From contig NC_092673.1 of NCBI RefSeq assembly GCF_964355755.1, forward strand, positions 6,448,001 through 6,512,000: DNA of 64,000 nucleotides. The letters run 5' to 3'. A program made the translations under genes and the position numbers. This document shows, in pieces, positions 42,330-55,500 of this stretch (its first letter is position 1; the number at the start of each line of letters is the position of its first letter). The notes under the pieces were generated by a model, which was not told the DNA's origin, ran no database searches, and saw nothing but the letters and a program-made list of their open reading frames with translations. Source of the DNA: Antedon mediterranea. Taxonomy: Eukaryota; Animalia; Echinodermata.

Positions 42330-43425
42330 AATGTTTTCTTACATTTTGAAAAAAAGTATTTATTTGTTTATAAGCCCAATTTTCCAGTCTTAATTTTACA
42401 TTTTGAAAAAAAAGTATTTTATTTGTTGATAAGCCCAATTGTGCAGTCTTATTTTACATTTTGAACAAAAGTATTTATTTGTTGAGCCTAAGCCCAATTT
42501 TGCAGTCTTATTTTACATTTTAAACGAAAGTATTTATTTGTTGATAAGCCGAATTTCCAATTTAATAATAATGACCCCTTCCACAGTGCTTATACCATAT
42601 ATATTTTACATGATATTGACCGTGGGTTCTTTACGCCTCTGATGCATTTGTTTTTATTGTACCTTTTTAATAAATTATTATGTTTAGGCCTAATCACACC
42701 CAATTTAATGAAACGGTCAGATTCCGATTTCAATTGAACAAAAGTAGTACTGTATTTATTATTCATTGATAAGCCAAGGGTCCCATGGCGTTAGCCGATA
42801 TCTTGAGCATTTGACTCATGTGTCAACCTGTAACACAAATCATTCTTCAAAATCTAAAGAAAGAACCTCACACGTCTTTTTTGTGAGTGATGGATATGCC
42901 CACGGAAATAATATGTGGACATTGCAAACAATCATAGGCCTACAGTAACAAACATAACATGGCTAATAAGCATAACATTCAGACTTGTTTGTTTTCTAGT
43001 GGATTTTTATTTACTTTAGCATGTAGAATAAAACTAGTAACAGTGGCTATATTAATAATTATACTGATTATCCTTGATGTTATCGCGTCTAATAATAAAA
43101 TATTTTGTTGTTGATAAGCCCAATTTTTCAGCCTTGATTTTACATTTTGAACGAAAGTATTTATTTGTTGATAAGCCCAATTTTGCAGTCTTAATAATGA
43201 CCCTTCCACAGTGCATTTTACATGATATTGACCGAGGGTTTTTACGCCTCTATAGCCACTGATCAATACCATAATTAATGTACTTTTTTAAATGAATATT
43301 GAAATGTTTCAACATACCCAATTAAAAGAACGGTCCGTTTTCGAGTTCAATCTTTTAGAGAGGTTGGAGTTTCATTTTGAACGAAAGTATTTATTTGATT
43401 GTGATAAGCCAAATTTCTAGTCCTA
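42330..43425. repeat. Composite repeat: blocks of a 59-bp minisatellite embedded in a larger degenerate duplication
   Basis: ttttacattttgaacaaaagtatttatttgttgataagcccaatttt(g)cagtctt repeated about 4x at 42335-42560, 2x at 43100-43195 and once at 43370-43420; flanks aataatgaccc(c)ttccacagtgc...tttacatgatattgaccg are duplicated. Confidence 0.85.
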
Positions 43426-43613
43426 ATGATTTGAGATTCAACGGGTTTTGCTTTCAATTGTATAATAACAGCCACATGTTAAGGAATATGAATCTCTTTA
43501 TGATTTTAATATGGTTCGAAATGATATTACACAACGATTAGACAGCAACTGTGCAAGAGTCCAACTAATAAAATGAAAACGGAATGATCAATTAATTGAA
43601 CATTTACAGCATA

Positions 43614-43974
43614 AGGCCCATACACTAGGACGATAACGATCGACGATAAATAGACAAATGTGCATTTTTAATACATAAACCAAAAGAAATATAAACAATT
43701 CCTTTGATGAAAATTATATTTTCACACGTCCAATCAAATGACGTCATGATTAGTAAGACCAATAATATCGTGACAATACAGCGATTTTATTGTTTTTATT
43801 TATCATGACGTCATTTGATTGGAATTTGAAAAACATTATTTTTATCAAAGGCAGCATAAATGATTATCCTATAGGTCTAGAACAAAAACCTTTCTAATTT
43901 CTTTTGGTTTATGTAAAAAAAATGCATGCTATATATTTATCGTCCGTCGTTATCGTCATAGTGTAATTGGGCCT
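43614..43974. mobile_element. MITE family B copy
   Basis: aggcccatacactaggacgataacgatcgacgata...tatcgtcatagtgtaattgggcct. Confidence 0.8.
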
Positions 43975-44688
43975 TTATACAAAAAAAAATAAATTGATTA
44001 CGAAGTTACATGTCATTTTCACCTATCACCAAAAAACTAACCTTTTCAACACTAATTAATTGTTACGAAGCCAATTTATATTATATATTTCATTAATGAA
44101 CTTTACGGTAAATGAAGAGTAAGTATCAGTTAATATGAATAATATAACTAGTAGGTCTATGAAGTTGCGTTCAGACACAGAACTGTGACATTACTATCAT
44201 AAATGTTGAAACCACTTATAAAACCTTTTTTTAAAGAAAATATAATTGTGTTAGGAGAAGGCGAATAAACAAATAGATAATGTACAAACCTTTTTCTGGA
44301 TTAATTAATGGAGCAGGTGTTCCTAATAATCTTCTGCTGCTACCTAGACTGATTGTTCACCTTCTGACGATAATTGATTGGACCCCCCACGGCATCTGAT
44401 AACCAACAAAAAATGTACCAGGACTGTTTCAATGATTTAATATCTGACGGCGTATTATTATAACATTGGCCTAGATTGACAGTCAAAAGGAAGTTATTGT
44501 AAATACCTCCCTTTATGTTGACAGAGCCAAAATAAAGTTTTGACCATTATCGAATGATTATTTGACAGTGATTTATTATAATACCGGCCTGGTTGACAGC
44601 AAAAACGAAGTTATTATTTATTGAACAAGATTTTACAGATTTCCGTCTACATCTCAATAATACTGTATTATCAGCAGAGGCTTTCATA

Positions 44689-45498
44689 GGGCCTGTTTCT
44701 GCTGCAACTGCTTAAAATACGGTATAAAATACGGTATTTTTTATACCGTATTTTTTAGTACCCCGTTTCTGCTAACAATACTTCTTGGGTGGTCGTGTTA
44801 AATTTCATCTTTTTTTACCCAAATTGCCATTCATTTATTTGATCGATAATTAAAAGTAACAATAAAGGAAGTTTTACGTCTCACTTTCAACAGCCTAGCC
44901 CTAGTGATAGAGATGTTGTGAGAGCACAGAAAACATCGTAATGTGGACAATTAATTCGTTCCCTCCCCGAGTTATTGTATTTTGCAATGTTCTACTGCTT
45001 TCGCAGGCTCTTCAGCTTTGAGTTTACTTGCTTTGGAGACCAGTCTATTCCATACTCCTGCTTTATTTTTTTGAAATGTCTTTGTAATGTGGTTGTCCCT
45101 TTTATTACCTTTTAGTTGGCCAGACATTTTAGCTTCCCCACACACATTTATTTAGTAAAATTGTGACGTCTTCGCTCCACATTTTCGCCGAATATATCTA
45201 TACACGTGTGTAAAGCAGCTGACAGCGACAGAAAATAAAAACACGAATGTTGACCTTTTGTCATGTAAAAAAAAAAATACGGTATTTTTTATTGGCAGCA
45301 GAAACGGGTACAAAAAATACGGTATAAATTTGTAAATACCGTATTTTATCCACAAATTTTGTGGGGAAAATACGGTATACAAAATACGGTATATTTTTTA
45401 TGAGCGCAGTTTCTGCTGCCAAAAATATACCGTATATATACGGTATTTAAAAAATACCGTATAATATACGGTATTTAGTTGGCAGCAGAAACAGGGCC
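44689..45498. mobile_element. Non-autonomous DNA transposon (about 810 bp) with iterated subterminal motifs
   Basis: ATA-GGGCCTGTTTCTGCTGC...GCAGCAGAAACAGGGCC-ATA; many AATACGGTAT/ATACCGTATT copies near both ends. Confidence 0.8.
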
Positions 45499-48084
45499 AT
45501 ATAGACTCTCTTCTCCCAGACGTTTTTTGGGTCCAGCAGCTACCTATAAATTATAGTCGAGTTTCCAAATTCACAAAACTGTCAGCCTTAGATACTAAAG
45601 CTACCGCTATGAAACAGCTTATTAATGAATGTGTCCTCCTGGGACATAGCTGGCTAGAGCCGCGGCGCGAAAATAACATCGCAAAAATGGCATCTTCTTC
45701 CATAGTGTATAGATGAAACAATGAAACCCTTAAAATAACTTTTATTAATTTAAATGAACCGAGAACAAAATAAACAACAATGCAAACGTGAACGAATACA
45801 ATAATGAAAATGGTAAAAATCGCGCGAATACATCGGACAGCGAGGAGGCGACGATGATTTGTTGACAACAACCCAGCCAACAATTCAATTCAAGCGATCA
45901 ACGATTTGACCTTTTATCCTAGCATGCACTGCGTGTTGATGAAACTTCCGGTACAACACGGTATCGTGATTTCTAGTATAACAGCAAACGTTAAGGTGGG
46001 TTGACCTCGGTCCGAACAACACGCTAACAATTTAAGACGTGTTCAAATTTAGGGTGTTGTATAAACACGACCTTGGTTCTGGGTTGGAACGATTTTAGAA
46101 CACTGGAATGCCATAATACAAATTCACGTTCACCCAAAACAATATGAATCTTTTAATTTAACAATCCGCTAATTTAAACGCCTTGAACATCGCTTTAAAT
46201 ACATATGAATGCAACAATAGAGAGTTATTACAACTACAAGTCTTTTATTGTTTAGTAGAAGGCCTATTGTTATTATATTATACCTAACCCAGAAATTATT
46301 TTCTACAGGTAGGCGAATATTGTTTTATATAACAAAACTGTAATAATTGCGTCGGTGTAAATAATGGGGGAAGGGTGGGGATTAAAAATTTCCATAAAAA
46401 ATGACCTGAATCATAGAATTAATCCCTTATTCACTGGCCTGCAGCTAATTCGCATCCAGTGTGATTTTTAGTTGTATTGGTGTGGATCAATTTTATATTT
46501 TGTCTAAATGGTCCATATTCTCACAATGGTGGCAAGAATTTATCACTAGGCCTACTACAAAATCCTGGCAGCACCATATCCGCTACCTATATCCTAATCA
46601 ATTTTTTAAAATTTGCTCGATTGACTTTGCATTTTCAATCAATGTATATCAGGTATTAGTTCTCTTTTTATGTGTCTAACCCAGCGGAAGTGTCCTTTGA
46701 GTTCATTTCAAAACTTTTACGAATTTTAAATTTCTTCAAATAATGTTTACCTGTTTTGAAGCACAAAAAAGTGAGGATTCTGCGTTTTTGGTCTTGGCAT
46801 TTTATGCCTTTTATTGACACACTTTATTTGCCCACAATTTCTACATTCATATTGTCATGTAAAATGTGTTTCGGATATTAGTACATTCAAATCGTGACCA
46901 TACCCACTCAGTTCTGTATCTCCAAATACTTTAGTATTTGCCAAGAATCATATGGACATTTGGTAAGTAGCATCTCATCTGTATCTATAATTATGTGTGT
47001 GCCTGTATTATGTAAGGTTAAGAGTAAGGTTATGGTATATGATATTTTTTATTAAGTATTCCTATATACTGGAGACATCTATCAGAGGCCTACGAGAATC
47101 GGGTGAAATTACAAAAACACAAAAATTGCACCAAAGTGTCGTGTTTGGTTTTACTATATTTATGTCAGTAATAAAGCTCAGCAGTATGATGTGTGTTTTA
47201 ATTTTATTATATTTGGACATTCCCATGCCATTGGCCAAGTTTCGTAAAAGAGAGATATGAGTTAACAACTCTCTTAGTGCCACGGGCGGCGTTTGAAACC
47301 CCCGGGGACTGTCTAAAGCTAACTGTTTCACGCAATTGAATTTGACTAAAACTCAACAGAGAGTTTGTTGCTTATTATATTTTCTTTATATATTATTTTT
47401 TTGTACAATAAACACAATCGTTGGGGTGTGCCGAGAAGGAGGTAGGCCTACTTTTAAAGTATACGAAAAATTGTAAGCACCATATATATATTCTCCTGTA
47501 AAGCTCAAACTTTTCGACGCCATTTTAATACCAGAAGATCAGCAACAAGCTTGTTGTTTATTATATTTTATTATTCATGCATTTAATCATTCGACTATTG
47601 CTATTATAATAGTCACGTTTGATTTGTTTAGTCTATTATTATAATCGGTCAAGGGTTATATTGCAATTATATCCCGGGTTAGTACACTATAGTCACTGAC
47701 CTAATCATAAGAACTCATGACACCAGGAACGGTTGATGTTAAACCACGAAGTAAATTGTGTTCCACGCAACCAGCAAAAAGGGAAGATAGGGAAGAGTGA
47801 GAGTGAGGTAGGTCTCACTCTTCCCTGGTGAGTTTATAGTTATTATTCTACATACTCGTCAAGCATAGAAGGTTAGTAGTCTAGATTTAGCATAAACATA
47901 GCAAAAATATTTGGACATTCGCTTATTCGATTGAACATTTATTTGAGCTATGGAATTACAGAAACTAGTTTAATATCATTTCATATAATTTATTTTGCCT
48001 TTAAAAATTACAGTACATACAATAATAAAAAGAATAAAATTTAGTTTATTATCTAATAATAACAATAATTCTATTATGATACAT

Positions 48085-48200
48085 TTGGTGGGCGAGAGGT
48101 TAAGACAATGTAACCGTAATCCATAACCGTTATGACAAGGGTTCGAGGTTCACTTTGGCTCTGATTCTCAAAATGCACAATAGTGTACTTGGACAAAACA
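48085..48200 (+). mobile_element. tRNA-derived SINE head
   Basis: A-box-like ggtgggcgagaggttaagac, B-box-like gggttcgagg, followed by gtgtacttggacaa; no cloverleaf. A similar remnant lies at about 2320-2380. Confidence 0.5.
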
Positions 48201-49574
48201 GTACTTTCGAGTCGAGGCATGATGTGGGAATACAAAAAGAAACAAATAAACAAAAACCTTCATTAGGATATGAATTCTTCTTATTCAGACAATGTACAAT
48301 GCGCACTTAAAGTGACTATGATGTTTATTTCAACGGAAAGACAGACTAAAAATCACCCAGCAATAAACCGTAATAACAATAATTAGGCATATGTTGGAAC
48401 AAAAATAGTTTTTGATTTGAAAATCAAATTTACCACTTATCTTTAGCATGAGTTAACAGAGAAATAATCTAGTATTGAATGTTTCCCGAAGACGTGCAAC
48501 GTAAGCAGTAGACTAACCAACTGTTACAATCTCCACGTCCTGGATTTTGGTTCAGGACTTGATTATTTTAATTGATGTTTTATTGGGGAGGTGTTCCGGG
48601 CATTTATTCAAATAAACACCATCCTAATTGGTATAATTAATACATTATTCCGCGACACAGTGAGCCGTTTTGGCCTAAGAAGGAAGACGTTTTAGACGGC
48701 TTGCAACATGGGCAGGGTCCTGACGGGACACAGATAGCGCACAGTATACATAAATTCCTGGCAGCTATCGGGGTTTCATTCGATTTCAAACAAAAGACAT
48801 CAATGACATCAATTCTCTCGATGTCATTTTATATAATTATTTCCCACAATTTACTCCTATGTTTTATGAATATATTTAATTTGATCTTTATGTAATTACT
48901 ATACTTTCACATGCGCGGTCCGAAAACAAACAAAAAACCAAAATGGCTATCGCCACCAAACACCAACGGCCAACTTAGTTGCATGGCGGAGATTTGTACC
49001 GAAGTTTTTGCATTGTGCTCGCCAATGTCAGAATTAACCATAATTTATATATAGATTAATTTAGCAAAAAACCCATTGGCCAACAGACAATTTGATTATT
49101 TTTCTGCTTTAACTTACAGTTTTTCAGATAAATAATTTGTTTCGATCCAATGGTTGGTCCAAGTGGATACCGTAACTATTATGTGACATTAAATTGGCAT
49201 TACTGTATATCGTTAGTTTCTTAAATCGAACATATAATTACTATAATAGTTCAGCAGTATCCTCTATTGTATGACCATTGTCAATGCAATAGTTGTTATT
49301 ATAATGTACCTACCCTAGAAGTAGGAATTTGATATGCGTCAATGGATATAATTTAAGGTATGATTTTATTTTTCATACGTGACATCAGAAAACCAAGTCA
49401 ATTGTTTTTTATTACCATTCTGTCGCCAAAGTAATGACCTGATGGGGCAATAAAAAAATTATTATAGGGGTTGCGGAAAGGTGGTTGCTATAATGATGGA
49501 TCAATCGAAACAATGCAATGAGTATAGTCTAAATACAATTTTTTTTTTGCAGACTGAATACATCATTTTGAAAA

Positions 49575-52500
49575 ATGGCAAATCTTAAAAATGAGTTTGA
49601 CTACTTGAAATTTGAACTCAGTAAATATTATACTGGTGAACGCTACTCGTGGTTGAAATTTTGCCTTTTCGATAATTTAAGTCTATCAGACCTTACCGAT
49701 AAAGAGTCAACTGGACATACTTTATTCAATGAACTTGAAAGAATACATGTAGTCACAGCTAATGACGTCAACCTACTCTTGGAGATTACTGCGCTAACAG
49801 GTTCAGATGATGCCAGAAAACGTGTAAATCAGTATATTGAAGATAACAACATTCAAAACACAGACAAACACAAGTTGACAACTTATCGTAAACAACTCTT
49901 TAGGGCTGTGAGAGAAGCTGAACCAGTTGCATTAAATAAGGTTACTGCTATGTATAAACTAACTCATCTTAATTTTACCAACCTTTGGGATGTAATATTT
50001 CACCTTGAAACCAACGGAATTTTACCAACCGAAATAGACAAGTTTGGAAGTCTACTTGGAAAACGCGCAGAGAAAGAACTACTAAGTACCGGTAGGCCAC
50101 TGTAAATGTTGTTTTTTTGATTGATAGAATATTTTGTAATATAAAATTGTGAATCTCACACACGAATTGTGTTAACATCATGTGCAACAGATTGCATTAA
50201 GGCATACATTGGTGTTACACCATCGTGATACGTGCGAATGGTTTACCAATCACAAATAAAATGTATTTATAACAGTCCATCGAACGCTTATTATAATTTA
50301 AACATTACCGTATTTGTAAGTCAATGCAATAATTATGGTTAGAATAACGTTTTTATACATTGCCATAACCGCACAACATTACCACATAGATCCACAACAT
50401 TCAAAATAATACCACTAGAATATTCACTAGATATTCCAATAACCTAACGAAAGATTGGAATATTTGATAAATTTAGTCAAAAAACAAAAAACGGTTCGTG
50501 CAACAAACATTTCTTTAGTTAGTAATAATAGTGATGACGATAAAAGTGGCCAAACCTGTCAAAAGTAAAAAAGAAAACAACTGAATATTTGTATAGTAAT
50601 GACGACATCAATAAGCTTCTCACATACAACTATTTAAATTCAGCAGGCTTGCATGGATGTGCCAACGCATTCCGACGTCGCTCCACCATATACCTGCCAT
50701 AAAAACGGTGGGACACGTCGAAATCATATGTATGCGGTTTTCACCTACACATTTACTTAATCGTTCTTATAACGTAATACTGATTAAGTATGGCAAGTAT
50801 TACAGTAGGTAGGGCTCCAATAAAAAACGCTTTAAAGTAAATAAATTAACATAAACACACTTTTTTTCTTTATTCAGATAAAAAAACAAAAAGGGTTCGT
50901 GAAGCAAACATTTCTTCAGGTAGTAATATTGATGACGACGAGATAAGTGACCAAACTTGTCAAAAGAAAAGGAAAATAACTGAAGATTCTTATAGTGATG
51001 ACGACATGAATGCCCAAGCATCTACATCAGCTCATACAGGCCATAAACTAAAGAGAAGACTAAAATACAAATCTGACAAAGGTACAATTGATGACAATTA
51101 CTATATAATTGAAATTAAGGGATCTGCACAATACAATATGTTATTTTTAAATGACGTCGTAATTTTTGATAAGCCAAAATTGTTAATTAATTAATCCTAT
51201 CTAAAATTTATCCGCTTTCATATTAATTTGACGTGCACGTGTGTAAATATTTCACGTTTACAGTTTAGAAAAGGTACGCGCGATGCAAAAAGTTTAATAC
51301 TTTTGAAATGTTCAATATAGCCTGAAACGTGTTCTATAAATTTAGCTTAAGCATTTCCAACAAATGTTTGTCCAGAATGTTTCAATTTCATTTAAAGGAC
51401 ACCAGTCATCTTCTTTACAATAATTAACTTCCACATTTATCTAGTCCACATTGGTCGCTTTCGGACACCGACCTCTTGTACCAACCTGTATCTTCTCGTC
51501 TTCCTTTTACTTTCCATTTCCTTTAAAAAAGAAGGTCCGCATAATCTCAAGATGGGATGAGTCTAGTGTGAATCATTGTCACCATTTTAAAGTTTGTTTA
51601 ATTAATTAATATCGCAATGTTTACAGTTACGAATTGTGTTGTGTGAATATCGTTTACTCTTTATACATTTTAATTAATTTCTAGAAAATGTTGATGAAGA
51701 TAGAGCACCGAAGTCAAAGAAGATAGTTTCGAGAGAAGGTAAAACCATATTTTTGGGCAGGTACATTTTTTCAAATGCGTTATAGCAAGTCAAAGAACAT
51801 TTTTATTTAAATAACGTAAATTATTAAATAATACCTTTCTATAATTACAATTGTTTTTTCTTATATTATAATTGAAAACAAATAGACATGGTAATTTTAA
51901 ATAGGACATTAAAGAAGTCTGTGCACATATGACCTTGTGTAAAAAAGCAACGTTTAGTGGCATGTTTAATACTTTTTCATTAATTTATTTGATTGATTGT
52001 CTTGTTTATATATTATAGAAAAAATCAAAGATTATCTTCTTGATAGACAAAGATTGGTGTGCGGCAATAACAATAAGAAATTTACATCATCAATAATGAA
52101 TAACAATTCTTATTTCAACATTGAAATATTCACTGAATTGAAATTGCTGAAAGAAGATGAGATAAATGGCAGTCAACCAACTACATTACCAACAATGTTA
52201 GATGATATCAAATCCATGCCAGCATGTAGAGTTCTTATATCTGGTGATGCTGGGATTGGTAAAACAACATTATTAAGGTACTTGGCATACAGTTCAACTC
52301 TTGGAAAACCAATTGCATTTGAAGGTAAAATTGTATTTTTCTTGAATGTTAAAGATTTAGAAAAAGGGCAAGACATCTTTGATTTGATTGAAACACAACT
52401 TGATATGAACGATTTTACTAGAAAGACAAAGCTTCCAAGAGATGATCCATTGTTAATTCAAAGATTTATTGATCAAAATGACAGCAAGATTGTGTTGTTA

Positions 52501-55500
52501 TTAGATGGATTGGATGAAATCAGTTTTGAGAATAAAAGCTTGATAAATCTTTTCACAAAGAACACATTGGGAAATAGTGTTGTGCTGCTAACATCCCGAT
52601 CAGATAACTTAAAATGTTTAGATAAATTTAAAATGATGTGTGACTTGCATGTTAGAGTGAGTGGATTTGATAAAAATAGCATTAGAAAATACATTGACAA
52701 ATTTTTTAATCATTTTGGAAAAGCCGAATTTGGAAAATCACTTAGGCGGAAATTGGAGCTTGACGAGAAAAAAACTACAATTGACCGCAGTCATTCAGAA
52801 GCATCTGTATTGTGTAAAAATCCATTATTACTACTTTCAATTTGTCTTTCCTGGATAGAAAACAGACGTCTTCCTTATAGTGAGTCTGATCTGTTCAAAG
52901 AATTTTTTCTTTGCCTATTTAACCAATTCAATAAAACTAAAAAAAAAAAGTTTACTAAATTTGAAGATGCTCCATCAGAATATGTAAATGCTATGCTTTT
53001 GTTAGGGAAGTGTATGTGTAATTCTGTCTTAACGTTAGCTAAACTTTCAATAAGCAAACATGATTTGGAAGCATCGACAGAAGACCAAGGGTTGATTGAT
53101 CTAGCCTTAAAACTTGGATTTGTTTCTAAAATGTCACCGATTTCAAAAAAACCCACAAGTGATATGTACATACCTCCGCACAACTTGATAGGGGAATCAT
53201 TGGTGGGATTCTACTTATACAAACTTTATAACAATGAAACGTCGAATGAATGCACAAAGCATGAAAGACAGTTACTTAAGCCATTGAATGAAAATGAATG
53301 GAAGGTAATAAGAGAACGTAGGAGATTTAAGAAGGTAAATATGTTTGTAGTAGGGTATCTTGGTGGAGATGCTGGTAAATTTTTGAGATATTGGGTTACA
53401 AATAAATTTTCAACATATCGTTCTTTAGGTATTTACTTAAACTGTGTTAGAAAATCCGATCTGAAAGTAGTGAATACATTCTTGGAACCATACACAAACA
53501 GCGCGACGTTAAACCACACTCATGTATCTAACTCTTTAAAACAAGGTATTTCCTACTTTAATCGAAACTCTGAAGTAGCTTTAGGCGAAGATTTTACAAA
53601 TCTTATCAGGCAATTTTATAGCATGGATTTGAGCAAACTTGATTTGAGAACTTTTTTAAATGAATTATCAACATATGATAATCCTCAAAAAGGAAAGATT
53701 CTGGCCCACATTGTTTACTTTTTCACCTTTCAACTTGACTTAAGTAATTGTGGCATATCAGGTGATGTAATGAATGATATGATTAGAGAGTGTTCTAAAA
53801 TGGGTGGTGAACTGGAATTATACAATCTTAAAATCAGAAATAATAATTTGAGCAACATTAAAGCTACATTAATGAATTCTTTGATTAGGATGTCTCCTTT
53901 TTGTCGTCTATTTGATATAAGTAATTGTAATCTATCAGGTCAAGTAATGAATGATATCATTAGGTGTGATAGAGAAGCTGTGCTGAACATAGTCATCCTC
54001 AGAATCAATGACAACAACCTAAGTGACATTGATGGTACATTACTGGGTAGTTTCTTGAGTAAGTTCCCTAGGTTGATTTCACTTCAAATGAGGGATTGTA
54101 AAATTTCAGCTGACGTAATGAATGACATGATAAGAGTGTGTGCAGGAAAAAAATTAAAGTTACAAGTGTTTGATATTAGGGGTAATGATTTACGTGGCAT
54201 TAATGGCTCCTCACTTGGTACTTTCTTGAGTAAATCCCCTAAACTACTCAAACTTCATATGGGTAGTTGCAAATTATCAGGTACCGTAATGAATGACATG
54301 ATCAGAGTGTATGCAGAAGATAAGTTAGAATTACAAGACATTTATATGTGGAATAACGATTTAAGTGGCATTAACGGTTCCTCACTTGGTACTTTCTTGA
54401 GTAAATGTCCTAAACTACTCAAACTTCATATGGGTAGTTGCAAATTATCAGGTACCGTAATGAATGAAATGATCAGAGTGTATGCAGGCGATAAGTTAGA
54501 ATTACAAGAGTTTATTATTAGTGATAATGATATCAGTGACATTAATGGCTCCTCACTTGGTACTTTCTTGAGTAAATCTCCTAAACTACTCAAACTTCAT
54601 ATGAATACTTGCAAATTATCAGGTACCGTAATGAATGACATGATCAGTGTGTATGCAGAAGATAAGTTAGAATTACAAGAAATTTATATGTGTAATAACG
54701 ATTTAAGTGGCATTAATGGTTCCTCACTTGGTACTTTCTTGAGTAAATCTCCTAAACTACTCAAACTTGGCTTGCCTACTTGCAAATTATCAGGTACCAT
54801 AATGAATGAAATGATCAGTGTGTATGCAGAAGATAAGTTAGAATTACAAGAGTTTATTATTAGTGCTAACGATTTAAGTGGCATTAACGGTTCCTCACTT
54901 GGTACTTTCTTGAGTAAATGTCCTAAACTACTCAAACTTCATATGGGTAGTTGCAAATTATCAGGTACCGTAATGAATGAAATGATCAGAGTGTATGCAG
55001 GCGATAAGTTAGAATTACAAGAGTTTATTATTAGTGATAATGATATCAGTGACATTAATGGCTCCTCACTTGGTACTTTCTTGAGTAAATCTCCTAAACT
55101 ACTCAAACTTCATATGAATACTTGCAAATTATCAGGTACCGTAATGAATGACATGATCAGTGTGTATGCAGAAGATAAGTTAGAATTACAAGAAATTTAT
55201 ATGTGTAATAACGATTTAAGTGGCATTAATGGTTCCTCACTTGGTACTTTCTTGAGTAAATCTCCTAAACTACTCAAACTTGGCTTGCCTACTTGCAAAT
55301 TATCAGGTACCATAATGAATGAAATGATCAGTGTGTATGCAGAAGATAAGTTAGAATTACAAGAGTTTATTATTAGTGCTAACGATTTAAGTGGCATTAA
55401 TGGTTCCTCACTTGGTACTTTCTTCAGTAAATGTCCTAAACTACTCAAACTTCATATGGGTAGTTGCAAATTATCAGGTACCGTAATGAATGAAATGATC

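Noticed and set aside
45502-47320. Possible larger TIR element (TAGAC...GTCTA or a piggyBac-like end near 47300)
   Set aside because: Terminal match is only about 5 bp, with no TSD or transposase remnant identified
48085-48160. Possible tRNA gene
   Set aside because: Only A/B-box-like remnants with no cloverleaf; better explained as a SINE head
49575-50105. Stand-alone DED-only gene
   Set aside because: The donor at 50091 links in frame through two small exons to the NACHT-LRR exon
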